A DNA stretch of 64,000 bases, taken from contig JAXGOY010000005.1 of assembly GCA_040767225.1 (NCBI GenBank), positions 749 to 64,748 of the forward strand, in the 5' to 3' direction. The DNA comes from Candidatus Dojkabacteria bacterium. GTDB taxonomy: Bacteria > Patescibacteriota > Dojkabacteria > SC72. Under the pieces are notes generated by a model. It was not told where the DNA came from. It searched no databases and saw only the letters and a program-made list of their open reading frames with translations. Of the stretch, positions 49,204 to 59,613 are shown in pieces (the first letter of the stretch is position 1; every line of letters starts with the position of its first letter). Position numbers and translations under genes: made by a program.

Positions 49204-51006
49204 ATGAACAAATATGTATTAAATGAGCTATCACAAGATGTGGTTAATAAAATTGCAGCGGGAGAGGTTGTTGAAAGGCCTGCATCTGTAGTAAAGGAGC
49301 TAGTTGATAACAGTATTGATGCTGGTGCCACAAAAATTCAGATTAAAGTTGTAAATGGGGGAATAGATTTAATTGAGGTTAGTGATAATGGGAGTGGAAT
49401 ACCAAAAGAAAGCCTTGCTGATATATTTAAGCCTCATACAACAAGTAAAATATCTTCATTGGAGGATCTTAATAACCTTTTAACAATGGGTTTTAGAGGT
49501 GAAGCACTCTCAACAATTGTCTCTGTTTCTGATGTTGTACTTTCATCAAAATATATAGATAGTGATAGTGCATTTGAGATTGAATACAAGGAAGTTAATG
49601 ATTTTAATATTAAAAAAACTGCAAGAGAGTCAGGAACAGTTGTAACAGTAAAAAACATATTTGCTAATATTCCAGCAAGAAGAAAATACCTTAAAACAGC
49701 ACAAACAGAATACAAAAAGATTTTAGATATTCTTTATCCATACTTTCTCATATACCCTAATATTCATTTTACACTAGTTAAAGATGAGAAAAGGGTCTTT
49801 GACCTTATTAATCTTCCTAATACTAAAGCAGGAGATATATCAAAAGAAAGAGTTAAAGAGGTTCTTAAAGGAGAATTTACTGATAGGATGCTTAAGCTGT
49901 TTTTTAATGGAAATAGTATTGAAATATTAGGATTAACTGCTCACCCACAAGACCATCAAAAAACTTCTGCTAATCAGTATATTTTTGTTAATAACAGACC
50001 AATTTGGGATAGTGGAATTGCAAAGGCAGTTATACAGGGATATGAAAGATATATTCCATTTGGTGAGAAAGTTCCTTTTATAATTAATATTAAAATTAAT
50101 CCAGATCAAATTGATGTAAATGTTCATCCTAGGAAAGAGGAGATTCGCTTTCTTAATCCATTTAGGGTGTATGCTTCTGTAACTGAGGCTGTAAGTAGGG
50201 CAGTAAGAGCATCAGTATCGTACAAAGTTGAGAGTGAGTTTAAACCAGCTGAATTTATAAGTGATACTGTTAAAAAGAAAGAATATACAAACAGGGATAT
50301 CACATTCTCTCCTAATCAGTCAGCTTCAGTGAGAGATAGCCTTCTTTTTAGCAAAGAGGTTCTTGATGAGGCTTCATATGTTAAAACAGTAACCTCTGAG
50401 AATACTCAAGTAGATGAAAAAGAGGGAGAGGGTATTAGGAATATATTTCAGATATTTAATAAATATATTGTTATTGAATTTGAGAATGATATTCTTTGGA
50501 TTATAGACCAGCATGCTGCTGCAGAGAGAATCAACTTTGAGAAATTTAAGAAAGCAAAAGAAGGAAATATTGATAAACAAAATTTGCTTGTTCCTGCAGC
50601 TATTCCTGTTTCTGAAAATGAGCTTGTTATATTTGATGAGCTAAAGAGTATTTTTTCTGATTTAGGGTTTGATTATAAAATGGGGAAAGATGAGATTATT
50701 ATTAATTCTGTTCCTGTTGAATTTGTAAATACTGATTTTAAAAAGCTCTTTGATGAAATATTCTCATTAGGAAATGAACAAAGTGATGTTTCTAATGGAG
50801 CTAATAAATTGAAAGAGGATATACTTGCTACAATGGCATGTCATTCAAGTGTTAGGAGTGGACAGAGTTTGCATAGGGAAGAAATGATTGATATTTATAA
50901 AAGGTTAATGCAGTGTGAAAATCCATATAGTTGCCCTCATGGAAGACCTGCTGTATGGAAATTAAAGTTAAGTGAGATAGATTCTAATTTTGAAAGGACA
51001 TACTAA
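49204..51006 (+). CDS. mutL: DNA mismatch repair protein MutL
   Basis: GHKL ATPase N-terminus (IAAGEVVERPASVVKELVDNSIDAGA) and a C-terminal dimerisation/endonuclease region. Confidence 0.9.
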   Translation: MNKYVLNELSQDVVNKIAAGEVVERPASVVKELVDNSIDAGATKIQIKVVNGGIDLIEVSDNGSGIPKESLADIFKPHTTSKISSLEDLNNLLTMGFRGEALSTIVSVSDVVLSSKYIDSDSAFEIEYKEVNDFNIKKTARESGTVVTVKNIFANIPARRKYLKTAQTEYKKILDILYPYFLIYPNIHFTLVKDEKRVFDLINLPNTKAGDISKERVKEVLKGEFTDRMLKLFFNGNSIEILGLTAHPQDHQKTSANQYIFVNNRPIWDSGIAKAVIQGYERYIPFGEKVPFIINIKINPDQIDVNVHPRKEEIRFLNPFRVYASVTEAVSRAVRASVSYKVESEFKPAEFISDTVKKKEYTNRDITFSPNQSASVRDSLLFSKEVLDEASYVKTVTSENTQVDEKEGEGIRNIFQIFNKYIVIEFENDILWIIDQHAAAERINFEKFKKAKEGNIDKQNLLVPAAIPVSENELVIFDELKSIFSDLGFDYKMGKDEIIINSVPVEFVNTDFKKLFDEIFSLGNEQSDVSNGANKLKEDILATMACHSSVRSGQSLHREEMIDIYKRLMQCENPYSCPHGRPAVWKLKLSEIDSNFERTY

Positions 51007-51719
51007 TGAAAAACAGTGGTACTCTTTATTTAATTCCTACATCTTTGAGTAAAAGACCTTTAGTAGAGGAGCTTAAGGAGAGTGATTTAGATATTGTAAG
51101 GTCCCTGTCATATTTTATTGTTGAAACTCCTAAGATTGCTAGAAGCTATTTTAAAGGTTTAGGAATTGTTATTCAGGAACTTGATATGAGGGTTTTAGAT
51201 GAGCATACTAAATCTAATGATATTCCTTTCCTGATTGAACCCTTAATACATGGTTTTAATGTTGGGCTAATGACTGATGCTGGCTGTCCTGGAGTAGGAG
51301 ATCCAGGTAGTTTAGTTGTAAGGGAGTGTCATAGACTGGGTATAAAGGTTGTGCCTCTTGTTGGTCCTTCCTCTATTATTCTTTCTTTAATGGCTTCTGG
51401 TCTTAATGGTCAGAGATTTAGGTTTTTAGGGTATCTTCCTAAAGAGCCCGAGAGCAGAAGGAAGATAATAAAGAGAATTGAGAATGAGTCTATAAGGAGT
51501 AATGAGTCAGAAATCTTTATTGAAGCTCCGTATAGAAATGAAAGGCTTTTTAATGATTTAATGAGTGTATGTAATGCCGATACCCAGTTAACTGTTGCTG
51601 TTGATCTTACTGGCAAAAATGAAGATATTAGGACTATGAAAATTAGTGAATGGAAGATGTCTAAGAATATTAATATTTTAGATATTCCTAGTATATATAT
51701 TCTATTAGGGAAAAAATAA
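51006..51719 (+). CDS. rsmI: 16S rRNA 2'-O-methyltransferase RsmI-like (tetrapyrrole-methylase fold)
   Basis: DAGCPGVGDPGSLVV...VPLVGPSSIILSLMASGL...FLGYLP. Confidence 0.65.
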   Translation: MKNSGTLYLIPTSLSKRPLVEELKESDLDIVRSLSYFIVETPKIARSYFKGLGIVIQELDMRVLDEHTKSNDIPFLIEPLIHGFNVGLMTDAGCPGVGDPGSLVVRECHRLGIKVVPLVGPSSIILSLMASGLNGQRFRFLGYLPKEPESRRKIIKRIENESIRSNESEIFIEAPYRNERLFNDLMSVCNADTQLTVAVDLTGKNEDIRTMKISEWKMSKNINILDIPSIYILLGKK

Positions 51720-51720
51720 A

Positions 51721-51794
51721 TCGGGGAAACAGGACTTGAACCTGCGACCTCTGCGTCCCAAACGCAGCGTTCTAGCCATCTGAACTATTCCCCG
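51721..51794 (-). tRNA. tRNA-Pro (anticodon TGG)
   Basis: Reverse complement gives cggggaa-tagttcagatggctagaacg-ctgcg-ttTGGga-cgcag-aggttcaagtcc-ttccccg-a. Confidence 0.8.
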
Positions 51795-51833
51795 ATGAAG
51801 TCAATTTTATCACAATGAGTATAATTTATCTAT

Positions 51834-54260
51834 TTAATCCAGCCTTATACCATTCATCTGCAATCCATTAAGGTAAAAGTGGGCTAACGAGTCTCTAAAT
51901 GTTGCAGTTGTAGACCATGCACCTGTGTTATCATCAACATCCCAAAAACGTATTCTCCAGTAATATGTTGCACCAGAACCAGTAAGTGGTGTCCCTGCAT
52001 ATATATAATTAGGGGATCTGCTTCCATTACTTACAGAGGTTGATGTTTTTCCTGTATCCCACATAACTGTTCCATCAAATGCAGATGATGAGTTTACCTC
52101 TATTTCATAATATATTGCACTATCACCATTTAAGTCATTGTGAATAGCAGAGAATGGTGGAGTAAAGGTTGATAAACCTGTTGGATTTGTTTGTCCATCA
52201 ACAAGTAAACCTGTAGGAGAGCTTGGTGGAGTAGTTGTTCTGAAATTTGATGTGGTAGACCAATTAGATGGCGTTCCTGCATTATCCCAGAATCGTATTC
52301 TCCAATAGTAAAGTACTCCGCTACTAAGTGCACTCCCGCCATAATTTATATTACTGCTTGTCCCCCCATTGGATATTGCTGGTGAGTGAGCAGTTTGTCC
52401 GCTATCCCACATAACTGTTCCAGCAAAGTTCGATGCTGTATTTACTTCTACTTCGTAGTATGTTCCAGTAGCTGATGTGTCTGCATCGTTAAATACAGCC
52501 GTGAAATATGGGGTCATTGGTACTTTAGGTGGGTTTGTTTGTCCATTTGTTTTTGGATTTGTTGCTGTTGGTATATTATTCATTCTAAAATTTGCTGTTG
52601 CAGACCATGCTCCAACATATCCATAATTATCTACAAATCTAATTCTCCAATAGTAGGTAGCACCATTTAATGTAAGTGTTGTTCCACTATATGATATCTC
52701 TGGACTGTAACTTCCTATTGGTGTTGATGCCATACTTTGTAATCCACTATCCCACATAATTGTCCCAGTAAAATCAGATGCTGTGTTTACCTCTATTTCA
52801 TACTGTATGCCTGTATCTCCAGTGTTAGGGTCATTAAATATAGCTCTAAATTCTGGTGTTGTATCTGTAACTTGTATTGGGTTTGTAGCAGATTCTGTTT
52901 GTAGGCTTGTTGGTGCAGTAGGAGCAGAGTTTGAATGCATGGTAAAGTTTTGTACTGCTGACCAATCACTGAATAATCCTCCAACATCCCCAAATCTTAT
53001 TCTCCAATAGTATGTTGTTCCTGACCATCCTAATGAAGAGCCATTATAATATATATCAGGACTTCTTACTCCATTGTTTGTCGCTGTCATACTTTGTATT
53101 CCAGTATCCCACATTACAGTACCACCAAATCCTGATGCTGTATTAACTTCTATTTCATAATATACTCCTTGATCATTTGTATCAGGATCATTAAATATTG
53201 CACTAAAGTATGGTGTTTGTGTTGTAACATCTGTTGGATTAGTAGTTCCCATACAGTATGGTGTAGTAGGAGTAGTAGGGGCTTGATTAGCAATTACCCA
53301 TTGTGCAGTAATTGAAAAAGCACCCACAACACTATTACATACACCAGTTGTTGAATTAAATGTTCCTCCACAGTTTGCAGATGGACTTATTGTAAATCCT
53401 GTAAAATTATAGCCGTCTCTTTGACATGTAACTGTTCCCGATGCTGAGCCATGAGAAATAGATTGTGACGCCGGAGTGCATGTTCCTCCATTTCCTAATG
53501 CTGATATTGTGTAATAATTAACAGCCCAGTTTGCTTTAATAGATATATCACTTGTAACACTACTGCATACACCTGTTGTTGAGTTAAATGTACCACCACA
53601 AGTATAGCCAGGTTCGAGAGAATAACTACTAAGAGTATATCCAACTCTTGTACAACCAGGAGCGGTAGATGAAGCACCATAACAAGGTGTATGTGTACCT
53701 GTACTACATGTTCCATTGTTTGGGTTTATATTTACAGTCCTAGTTGTCTTCCTACATGTCCCATTATTTGTACCACATGACTTACTTGTACAATATGAAT
53801 AATATCTAGTACAGGAAACATCATATGATCCACATCCATAATCAGTGCCATTTAACACATATCCAGCGTTACAACTGAGAGAACATTGATTACATGTTCC
53901 TGCACACCATGCACCTGTCCATCCATGGCTTGTAGGCTCAGGATTGTAATAACAAGTCCAACCTTTAACATTATCACCACTACAGTTATTGTAAAAACAT
54001 GAGTAACCATACCAATAAGGAGATGGACAGAATACATAATAGTAGCTGACATTACAATCACAAGTCTGGGATGGGGTTGTATGGCAGGAAGCAGAAGCAG
54101 TAAGATTAGTCGCACTACACCAAGCAGCATTTACATCTGATTTTGTTAATGCTAATAAGAATATTGATATCAAAAGAGACGATAAAAGCATAATAAAAAA
54201 CAAGTTTTTACTTATTCCCTTTATTACAAGTTTATTATTTAAAGAAAATTTTCTTTTCAT
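51834..54260 (-). CDS. Large secreted protein: signal peptide, Cys-rich N-terminal region, two GGTFNSTTGVC modules and five tandem ~100-aa FN3-like repeats
   Basis: 808 aa. Each repeat reads TP(Y)F.A.FND....G.YYE(I/V)EVNTAS.F.GT(V/I)MWD.G......G..SP.I.Y.G..L..G.TYYWRIRF.D..G..S.WS. About 35 Cys in the first 320 aa. Confidence 0.6.
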   Translation of the reverse strand: MKRKFSLNNKLVIKGISKNLFFIMLLSSLLISIFLLALTKSDVNAAWCSATNLTASASCHTTPSQTCDCNVSYYYVFCPSPYWYGYSCFYNNCSGDNVKGWTCYYNPEPTSHGWTGAWCAGTCNQCSLSCNAGYVLNGTDYGCGSYDVSCTRYYSYCTSKSCGTNNGTCRKTTRTVNINPNNGTCSTGTHTPCYGASSTAPGCTRVGYTLSSYSLEPGYTCGGTFNSTTGVCSSVTSDISIKANWAVNYYTISALGNGGTCTPASQSISHGSASGTVTCQRDGYNFTGFTISPSANCGGTFNSTTGVCNSVVGAFSITAQWVIANQAPTTPTTPYCMGTTNPTDVTTQTPYFSAIFNDPDTNDQGVYYEIEVNTASGFGGTVMWDTGIQSMTATNNGVRSPDIYYNGSSLGWSGTTYYWRIRFGDVGGLFSDWSAVQNFTMHSNSAPTAPTSLQTESATNPIQVTDTTPEFRAIFNDPNTGDTGIQYEIEVNTASDFTGTIMWDSGLQSMASTPIGSYSPEISYSGTTLTLNGATYYWRIRFVDNYGYVGAWSATANFRMNNIPTATNPKTNGQTNPPKVPMTPYFTAVFNDADTSATGTYYEVEVNTASNFAGTVMWDSGQTAHSPAISNGGTSSNINYGGSALSSGVLYYWRIRFWDNAGTPSNWSTTSNFRTTTPPSSPTGLLVDGQTNPTGLSTFTPPFSAIHNDLNGDSAIYYEIEVNSSSAFDGTVMWDTGKTSTSVSNGSRSPNYIYAGTPLTGSGATYYWRIRFWDVDDNTGAWSTTATFRDSLAHFYLNGLQMNGIRLD

Positions 54261-54370
54261 ATCTCTTATTTCTTCTTTCTCTTTAAAACAGTTACATATA
54301 CTAAAACTGAAAGCACAAGAATGAGGAAAGTAATATTAGTATTGTATTTCTATTTTTCTTACTTTGCTGA

Positions 54371-54762
54371 CTATTTTCCACTAGTTGTTTTTTCTCCTTC
54401 ATCCAATGTTATTTCACATACAGTGCTATTATCATTTGTGATTTTGTACCTTCCATCCTCTACATACGGTATGCTGATTAGAATCATCCAATTACCATCA
54501 TTATCTGTTTGAGTAGCATATTCTTGATCTGCAAATAACAAGATAACCTTTTCATTAGGAGTATTTCTTCCTGCAATCCTAATAACATCATTATATTTCA
54601 ATTTTAAGTTACATCCATCTTTAATATTGATTTCCTTATTATTTATAAGTATGAATCAACTGTAAATTCTTTTCCTTGTGCATAAACATTGGATAATATA
54701 AAAAATGAAAATAGGCATAAAATTATGGATGAAAATATATATAAATATGTGTTTTTTCTCAT
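54371..54762 (-). pseudogene. Small secreted protein gene interrupted by a frame change between the signal peptide and the mature domain
   Basis: Minus strand: ATG at 54762 gives MRKNTYLYIFSSIILCLFSFFILSNVYAQGKEFTVDSYL*. The -1 frame then continues INNKEINIKDGCNLKLKYNDVIRIAGRNTPNEK... to 54371. Confidence 0.35.
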
Positions 54763-54925
54763 ATTTCGATTTTGCTATGTTTAAGTATAAAGTCAATAAT
54801 AAATAAGATTACTATTAATGACTTTGTAGCAATATGTGTAGTATTTATGTAATTAATAATTTACTAAAAATTAATAATGGAAAATACACAAGTTGAGAAG
54901 ATTAATAAATCTTCAAATAAGTTGA

Positions 54926-57900
54926 GAAGACTTTAAGTATATATGTATATTAGGTCTTCTTCTTTTTTTAATATTAATACTTGTATATGAATATTTTCGT
55001 ATAGTACCAGAGAATGTAGTATTTTCAAATGTAACTTCTAGTTCAGTTACAGTAAGCTGGAATACAAAGAGTCCTATGTCAGCCACTGCAGTATATAAAA
55101 AGGGGGATGGAGGTTTTATTAATCTGTTTGGAATAGGAAAGCAGGTATTTTATGATACAAGGGATTTAGTAAAAGCAGAACTCAAGGCAGTAGAACAAAC
55201 AAGTAAAAATATTGCTAAGAGTGATGATATATCTGTTAGTATGAGTGAAGTAAAAACAGAGGTAAAGGTAACGGATAAAGGAAAGTATTATACACATCAT
55301 GTTGAGATAAAGGGTTTAGAATCCTGAAACAGAATATTCATTCTTTGTTGGTGATGATCTTCTTTACAGGGCAATAAAGGATGTAGACGGTAATACAACA
55401 GTTAAAACAGCTAAAATTGCAGAGAGTGTAAAAACACCTGTTCCTGCATATAGCTCAGTTAAGGATGCACAGAACAAAGAAGAAATCAAATATTCTGATC
55501 TTACACCTGTTAACGATGGTGTAGTGTATGTTAATTATTTTGATGATTTAACTGGTACTGCCAGTAATCAATTTTCTGCAGTATTAAATGATGATGGTAA
55601 TTGGTATGTTGATTTATCTACTGCAGTTGATAGTGATGAGTAATTTGTTTTGAAAAGTATGATACTGATGCAAAAAATCTTAAGATAATTACAGTTAATG
55701 CTGGGCCTTTAGGTATATGGAGACAGTGGCAGAATGCATATACTATTGCTCCTGCACAGGAGACAGTATTAAATATGACAAATGGTGTAACAGATGAATC
55801 TATGGAAGGTGCAGTAGTAAAATTAAGCCAAAATGTTAATGGTGTTGTCAAAGGAATTATGGCAAAAGAGGAAGAATGTGAATGTAAATGTTCTACGAAC
55901 ACTGATGGGACACCTAATTACAGATGTCCAACAGGTTATGATTTTAACTGTAATGAAGGTTGGAGTTGTGCAACCATGAATTCTGTATGTACAAAATATG
56001 ATAGTTGTACTAGTAGTATTGTGGAACTCAATCTGGACCAACTTGTTACAAAGAAGTAACAAAAACTCTAACTGCCCCTCATGTACACCAACGTGTCCTG
56101 CTGGTTTTGATTGGCAATGTCCATCTGGTAAAGAATGCACAACAATAAAATCATCTTGTACTCCTAGGGATAATAAGGGGAATCCTTGTGGACCTAAAAT
56201 AGAAGGAAATACTTGCTATAAGGTAAAAGAGACTCCTCCACAGCAAACTTGTCAAGGAAAAATTGTTTCACCGTATGCAACTAAATCAAGTTGTATATAT
56301 TATCTTTCATTTAGTTGTAGTGCTCCTTGTTATTATGTAGATGGGTGTGATTCTGGTGGTGATCCTCATTATGTTAAGTGCTCAAGTAATTTTTGTGATA
56401 ATACAGGTATTCCTGGCTTAGATTGTAGAAAAGAACCCCCGCAGGAAGATTTAAAATGTGAGAATACAAATATAAAAGTAGGAACATATGGATATGTAAA
56501 TAATAAATGTAAATTATGTGAATGGACAGTAATTAATAATTATGGAGGTTATGGGTTAAAACTTACAGATGCAGACAATTTAAAATGTTCTCCTAATCCT
56601 GTTTGTGGAACAAATAGTAACAAACGGTTTAAATCAACAGAAATATTAACATCTGCATTATGTAGTGCAGGTATACCAGATAAAACAGAAGTCCGCTTTG
56701 ATCAAAAGTTCAGGTATTTTCACTGGAAATGTATACAAGATGGAAATAATACAAACAGTGTAGACTGTTATGCATATGCTTCTGATATTGGTAATGAACC
56801 ACCTGATGATCCTGTTATAACGCCTGGTTCATGTGGTGCAAAGGGAGGAATAAGATATGCCACTCCTACCATAATAGAAGTTTGTAATGGTAATGAGTAT
56901 GTTGGATTAAATAGTGCATGTACTACAAAGGATGGAAAAACTGGGTATTGGAATTATCAAGGCAATTGCTATGTAGCAAGTGAGGATTCTGAACTTCAAG
57001 AAGATCCTATCTCAGAAACTTCTCCAGAGGAATATTGTTGGACAAGATCTGGACAGTTCTATTTTTACGATGAAGCAACTGGAGATCTTTATAAATGTAC
57101 GAATAATATTTTAACTGGACCACTTACAAATGATGAATCAGATTTAGCAAAATCCTGCAAAGCTTTTGCAACTTCTAAAGGTACAAATAATAGTTGTGAC
57201 TCTGGTTTTATTAATTTAGCACCAGCATCTTACTGCTCCTATGGTGGTGTTTACTATTATTGTAAAGATAATAAATGGCAAAATGTTGATGATATAAACG
57301 AGGAAGAGGATATAATAGCTGGTGCAATAGCAACAATATCTGTTGGAGAGGAATGTACAGGTGTAAATATTCCAGGAGGAAATGTAGCCTGTCGATGTAC
57401 CGGTAATGTAATTGGCGATTATTCGGGAGCTTATTCAAACAGAATTATTAATGTTGGGAGATGGTGCCTAGAAACACCTCCTGCTCAATGTGCAGATACA
57501 TCACTTGATAATGAGGGAAAAGTCTGTGATGATAGTTATGCTAATATGAAAATGGTCTGTAAAGATGGCCAATGTATGGCAACAGAATATGAATCAGGCA
57601 TTCCAGAAATTAATGTAAATGACCGTCAGCCATGTGCGAATACAGTATGTAGATGCCTTGGTGGACCAGATGATGGACGTTTAATTGGTAAGGGCCAGTT
57701 TTGTAGGGAAATCTCAGGGTCCTGTGGTAATTATGAGGTGAATTTAAATAAAATTTGTAATAATTCTTGGGAACACTTGTAGTAGTTCTGGTTACTGTGA
57801 AGGAAATAAAAAACATTACTTATCATAATGGCTACAAAATCATAAAAATCAGGTGATAAGTGTTTCTATTCTACAGATGAGATAAAGAACGAAATATATG

Positions 57901-58175
57901 GAGATGATTTGGAGTCAGACTATGATTATTGTAAATGCTCGGATGGACCAGATAAAGGAAAAGTTATAGAAGTTGATGAATTCTGTAGAAATGTTGGAAG
58001 TTGTCTAGAGCTTCAGGATTCTTATGATGCTTGCATTGATGGAAATAATAATAAAGAAGACTGTATAGAAAGAGTGACGAATCAAGTCTGTAAAAACGAT
58101 GGTAGTACATGTACACATCCGACATATGAATGTCTTGGGGCAGTTAAAAGTCAACTTTATAAATGGAGTTTCTAA
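54926..58175 (+). pseudogene. About 3.2 kb Cys-rich secreted or surface protein gene broken into at least five frame segments (candidate pseudogene, or a gene with unresolved frameshifts)
   Basis: The ORF pieces abut with little or no overlap and alternate frames. Boundaries are 55325, 55640, about 56040 and 57782, and four changes are needed to join them. An N-terminal FN3-like VTSSSVTVSWNT and TM-like ICILGLLLFLILILV lack an in-frame ATG. The C-terminal region repeats a C(R/K)C..GPD.G...........FCR..GSC module. Confidence 0.5.
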
Positions 58176-58205
58176 TACTAAGAAATTTCTTTTAATAACA
58201 AATCT

Positions 58206-59075
58206 GTGATTGACTTTAAGAATTTTAAAATATCAGCACAGACAAAAACTGTTAATTCACAGTTTATAATAAGATCAAAAAACAGTATGTTTATTAATCT
58301 ACCACAGGGAGAATATATATTTGAATATGAAGGACAGCAGTACTATTTTGAAGTTACTGACCCATATGGGAATAAAAAAGTTTTCATAGATAAAGGATTA
58401 GATGGAAAATATGACGAAGGAACAGATATCTTAGTAAGTGATTTAGCCTCTATAGTTCAAATAGAACCAATAGAATTAAGATATACATATGTATTAAAAC
58501 AAGGATTTAACTTTGTATCATTCCCATTCTTAGTATCAAATCAAGAATATAGGACAGCAGCTGGCCTTCTTAAGAGATTAAATGATGTATATGAGGATAC
58601 AATATATTCAATTGCTAAATATGATGGATCATGGAAAGTAGTTGGACAAAATGAAGAACTATACAGCGCAAATGACTTCCAGTTGCTACCTGGACAAGGA
58701 TATGTTATTAAAGCAAAAGATGATGTAACAATTGATATATGGGGTAAACCAATTAAATATGACAATGACTCTCCTAATGCACCTGTTGCACTCTTTAAAG
58801 GCTGGAATCTTGTAGGACTATATGGTACTGGAATAAAGCAGTACACAGCTAAAACACTGCTTGAAGATATAAATAAATATGAGAAGGTAGATTTTAGTGC
58901 TGATAATGTAAGTAAATGGGATAATGAATTACAAAGATATGAAGGATTCCAAATATCTGATAAGAATGGTGTACCAACAGAGTACGGTTTTGACTATCTA
59001 ATAAACCTGCTTAACTCATACTTTGTAAGAGTACAAGATGGAGAAGGTAATTGGCAGCCTGAATTAGCACAGTAA
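58206..59075 (+). CDS. Hypothetical protein (GTG start in the ORF track), beta-rich, no family recognised
   Basis: 289 aa. Follows the Cys-rich locus in the same frame after two stops. Confidence 0.35.
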   Translation: MIDFKNFKISAQTKTVNSQFIIRSKNSMFINLPQGEYIFEYEGQQYYFEVTDPYGNKKVFIDKGLDGKYDEGTDILVSDLASIVQIEPIELRYTYVLKQGFNFVSFPFLVSNQEYRTAAGLLKRLNDVYEDTIYSIAKYDGSWKVVGQNEELYSANDFQLLPGQGYVIKAKDDVTIDIWGKPIKYDNDSPNAPVALFKGWNLVGLYGTGIKQYTAKTLLEDINKYEKVDFSADNVSKWDNELQRYEGFQISDKNGVPTEYGFDYLINLLNSYFVRVQDGEGNWQPELAQ

Positions 59076-59131
59076 AAAGAAAGGGACTGTAAAATGTCCC
59101 TTTCATATATTCAGCTACTTACTAATGAAAC

Positions 59132-59506
59132 TTAATCAATCTCTCCCATTAGCTTTAATGCTAAATCCGATAGATATGGAATATCAAATCTTTCTCCCTT
59201 TGTAACTTTAAGAATACCAATAACAAAAAGTACAAAGAAAATCATAGAAAGAAAACCTGCTATTGGGGCACCAATAAAAGGAATAAATCCAATAAAATAG
59301 ACAATATTAAAAAGAGCAAACTGAGTAGCATGATATCTTACAAAGAGATCTTTCTTTTCTACAAACATTAATACTAAAGCTACAATTGGAATACATGATA
59401 TTATTGCCATTGTAGAGTTTTGAGGGTTATACTTTATCTCCTCTAATGTATATACTTTCTTTGCCCTCTTCTCTGTTGTTTTTGTTTCTTTTTTAACTTC
59501 TGCCAT
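59132..59506 (-). CDS. DUF4870 (Tic20-like) family membrane protein
   Basis: KKDLFVRYHATQFALFNIVYFIGFIPFIGAPIAG matches the D.F..FHA.QS motif. It is divergent from lexA. Confidence 0.5.
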   Translation of the reverse strand: MAEVKKETKTTEKRAKKVYTLEEIKYNPQNSTMAIISCIPIVALVLMFVEKKDLFVRYHATQFALFNIVYFIGFIPFIGAPIAGFLSMIFFVLFVIGILKVTKGERFDIPYLSDLALKLMGEID

Positions 59507-59587
59507 TTATAGAATGACTCAAATTAATATATTAGTATACAAAGATATTTAAGAATATGAAAGGGGTATACTATAAGTAGTTGAAAG

Positions 59588-59607
59588 GTATACTAAATGT
59601 AGTATAC
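59588..59607. promoter_or_regulatory. Candidate LexA operator: inverted repeat GTATACTA-AATG-TAGTATAC immediately upstream of the lexA ATG, with two further GTATAC half-site copies upstream (59533-59575)
   Basis: 8-bp perfect arms read in the sequence. The motif recurs three times within the 107-bp divergent intergenic region. Its position is typical of an autoregulated lexA. Confidence 0.35.
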
Positions 59608-59613
59608 TTAAAT

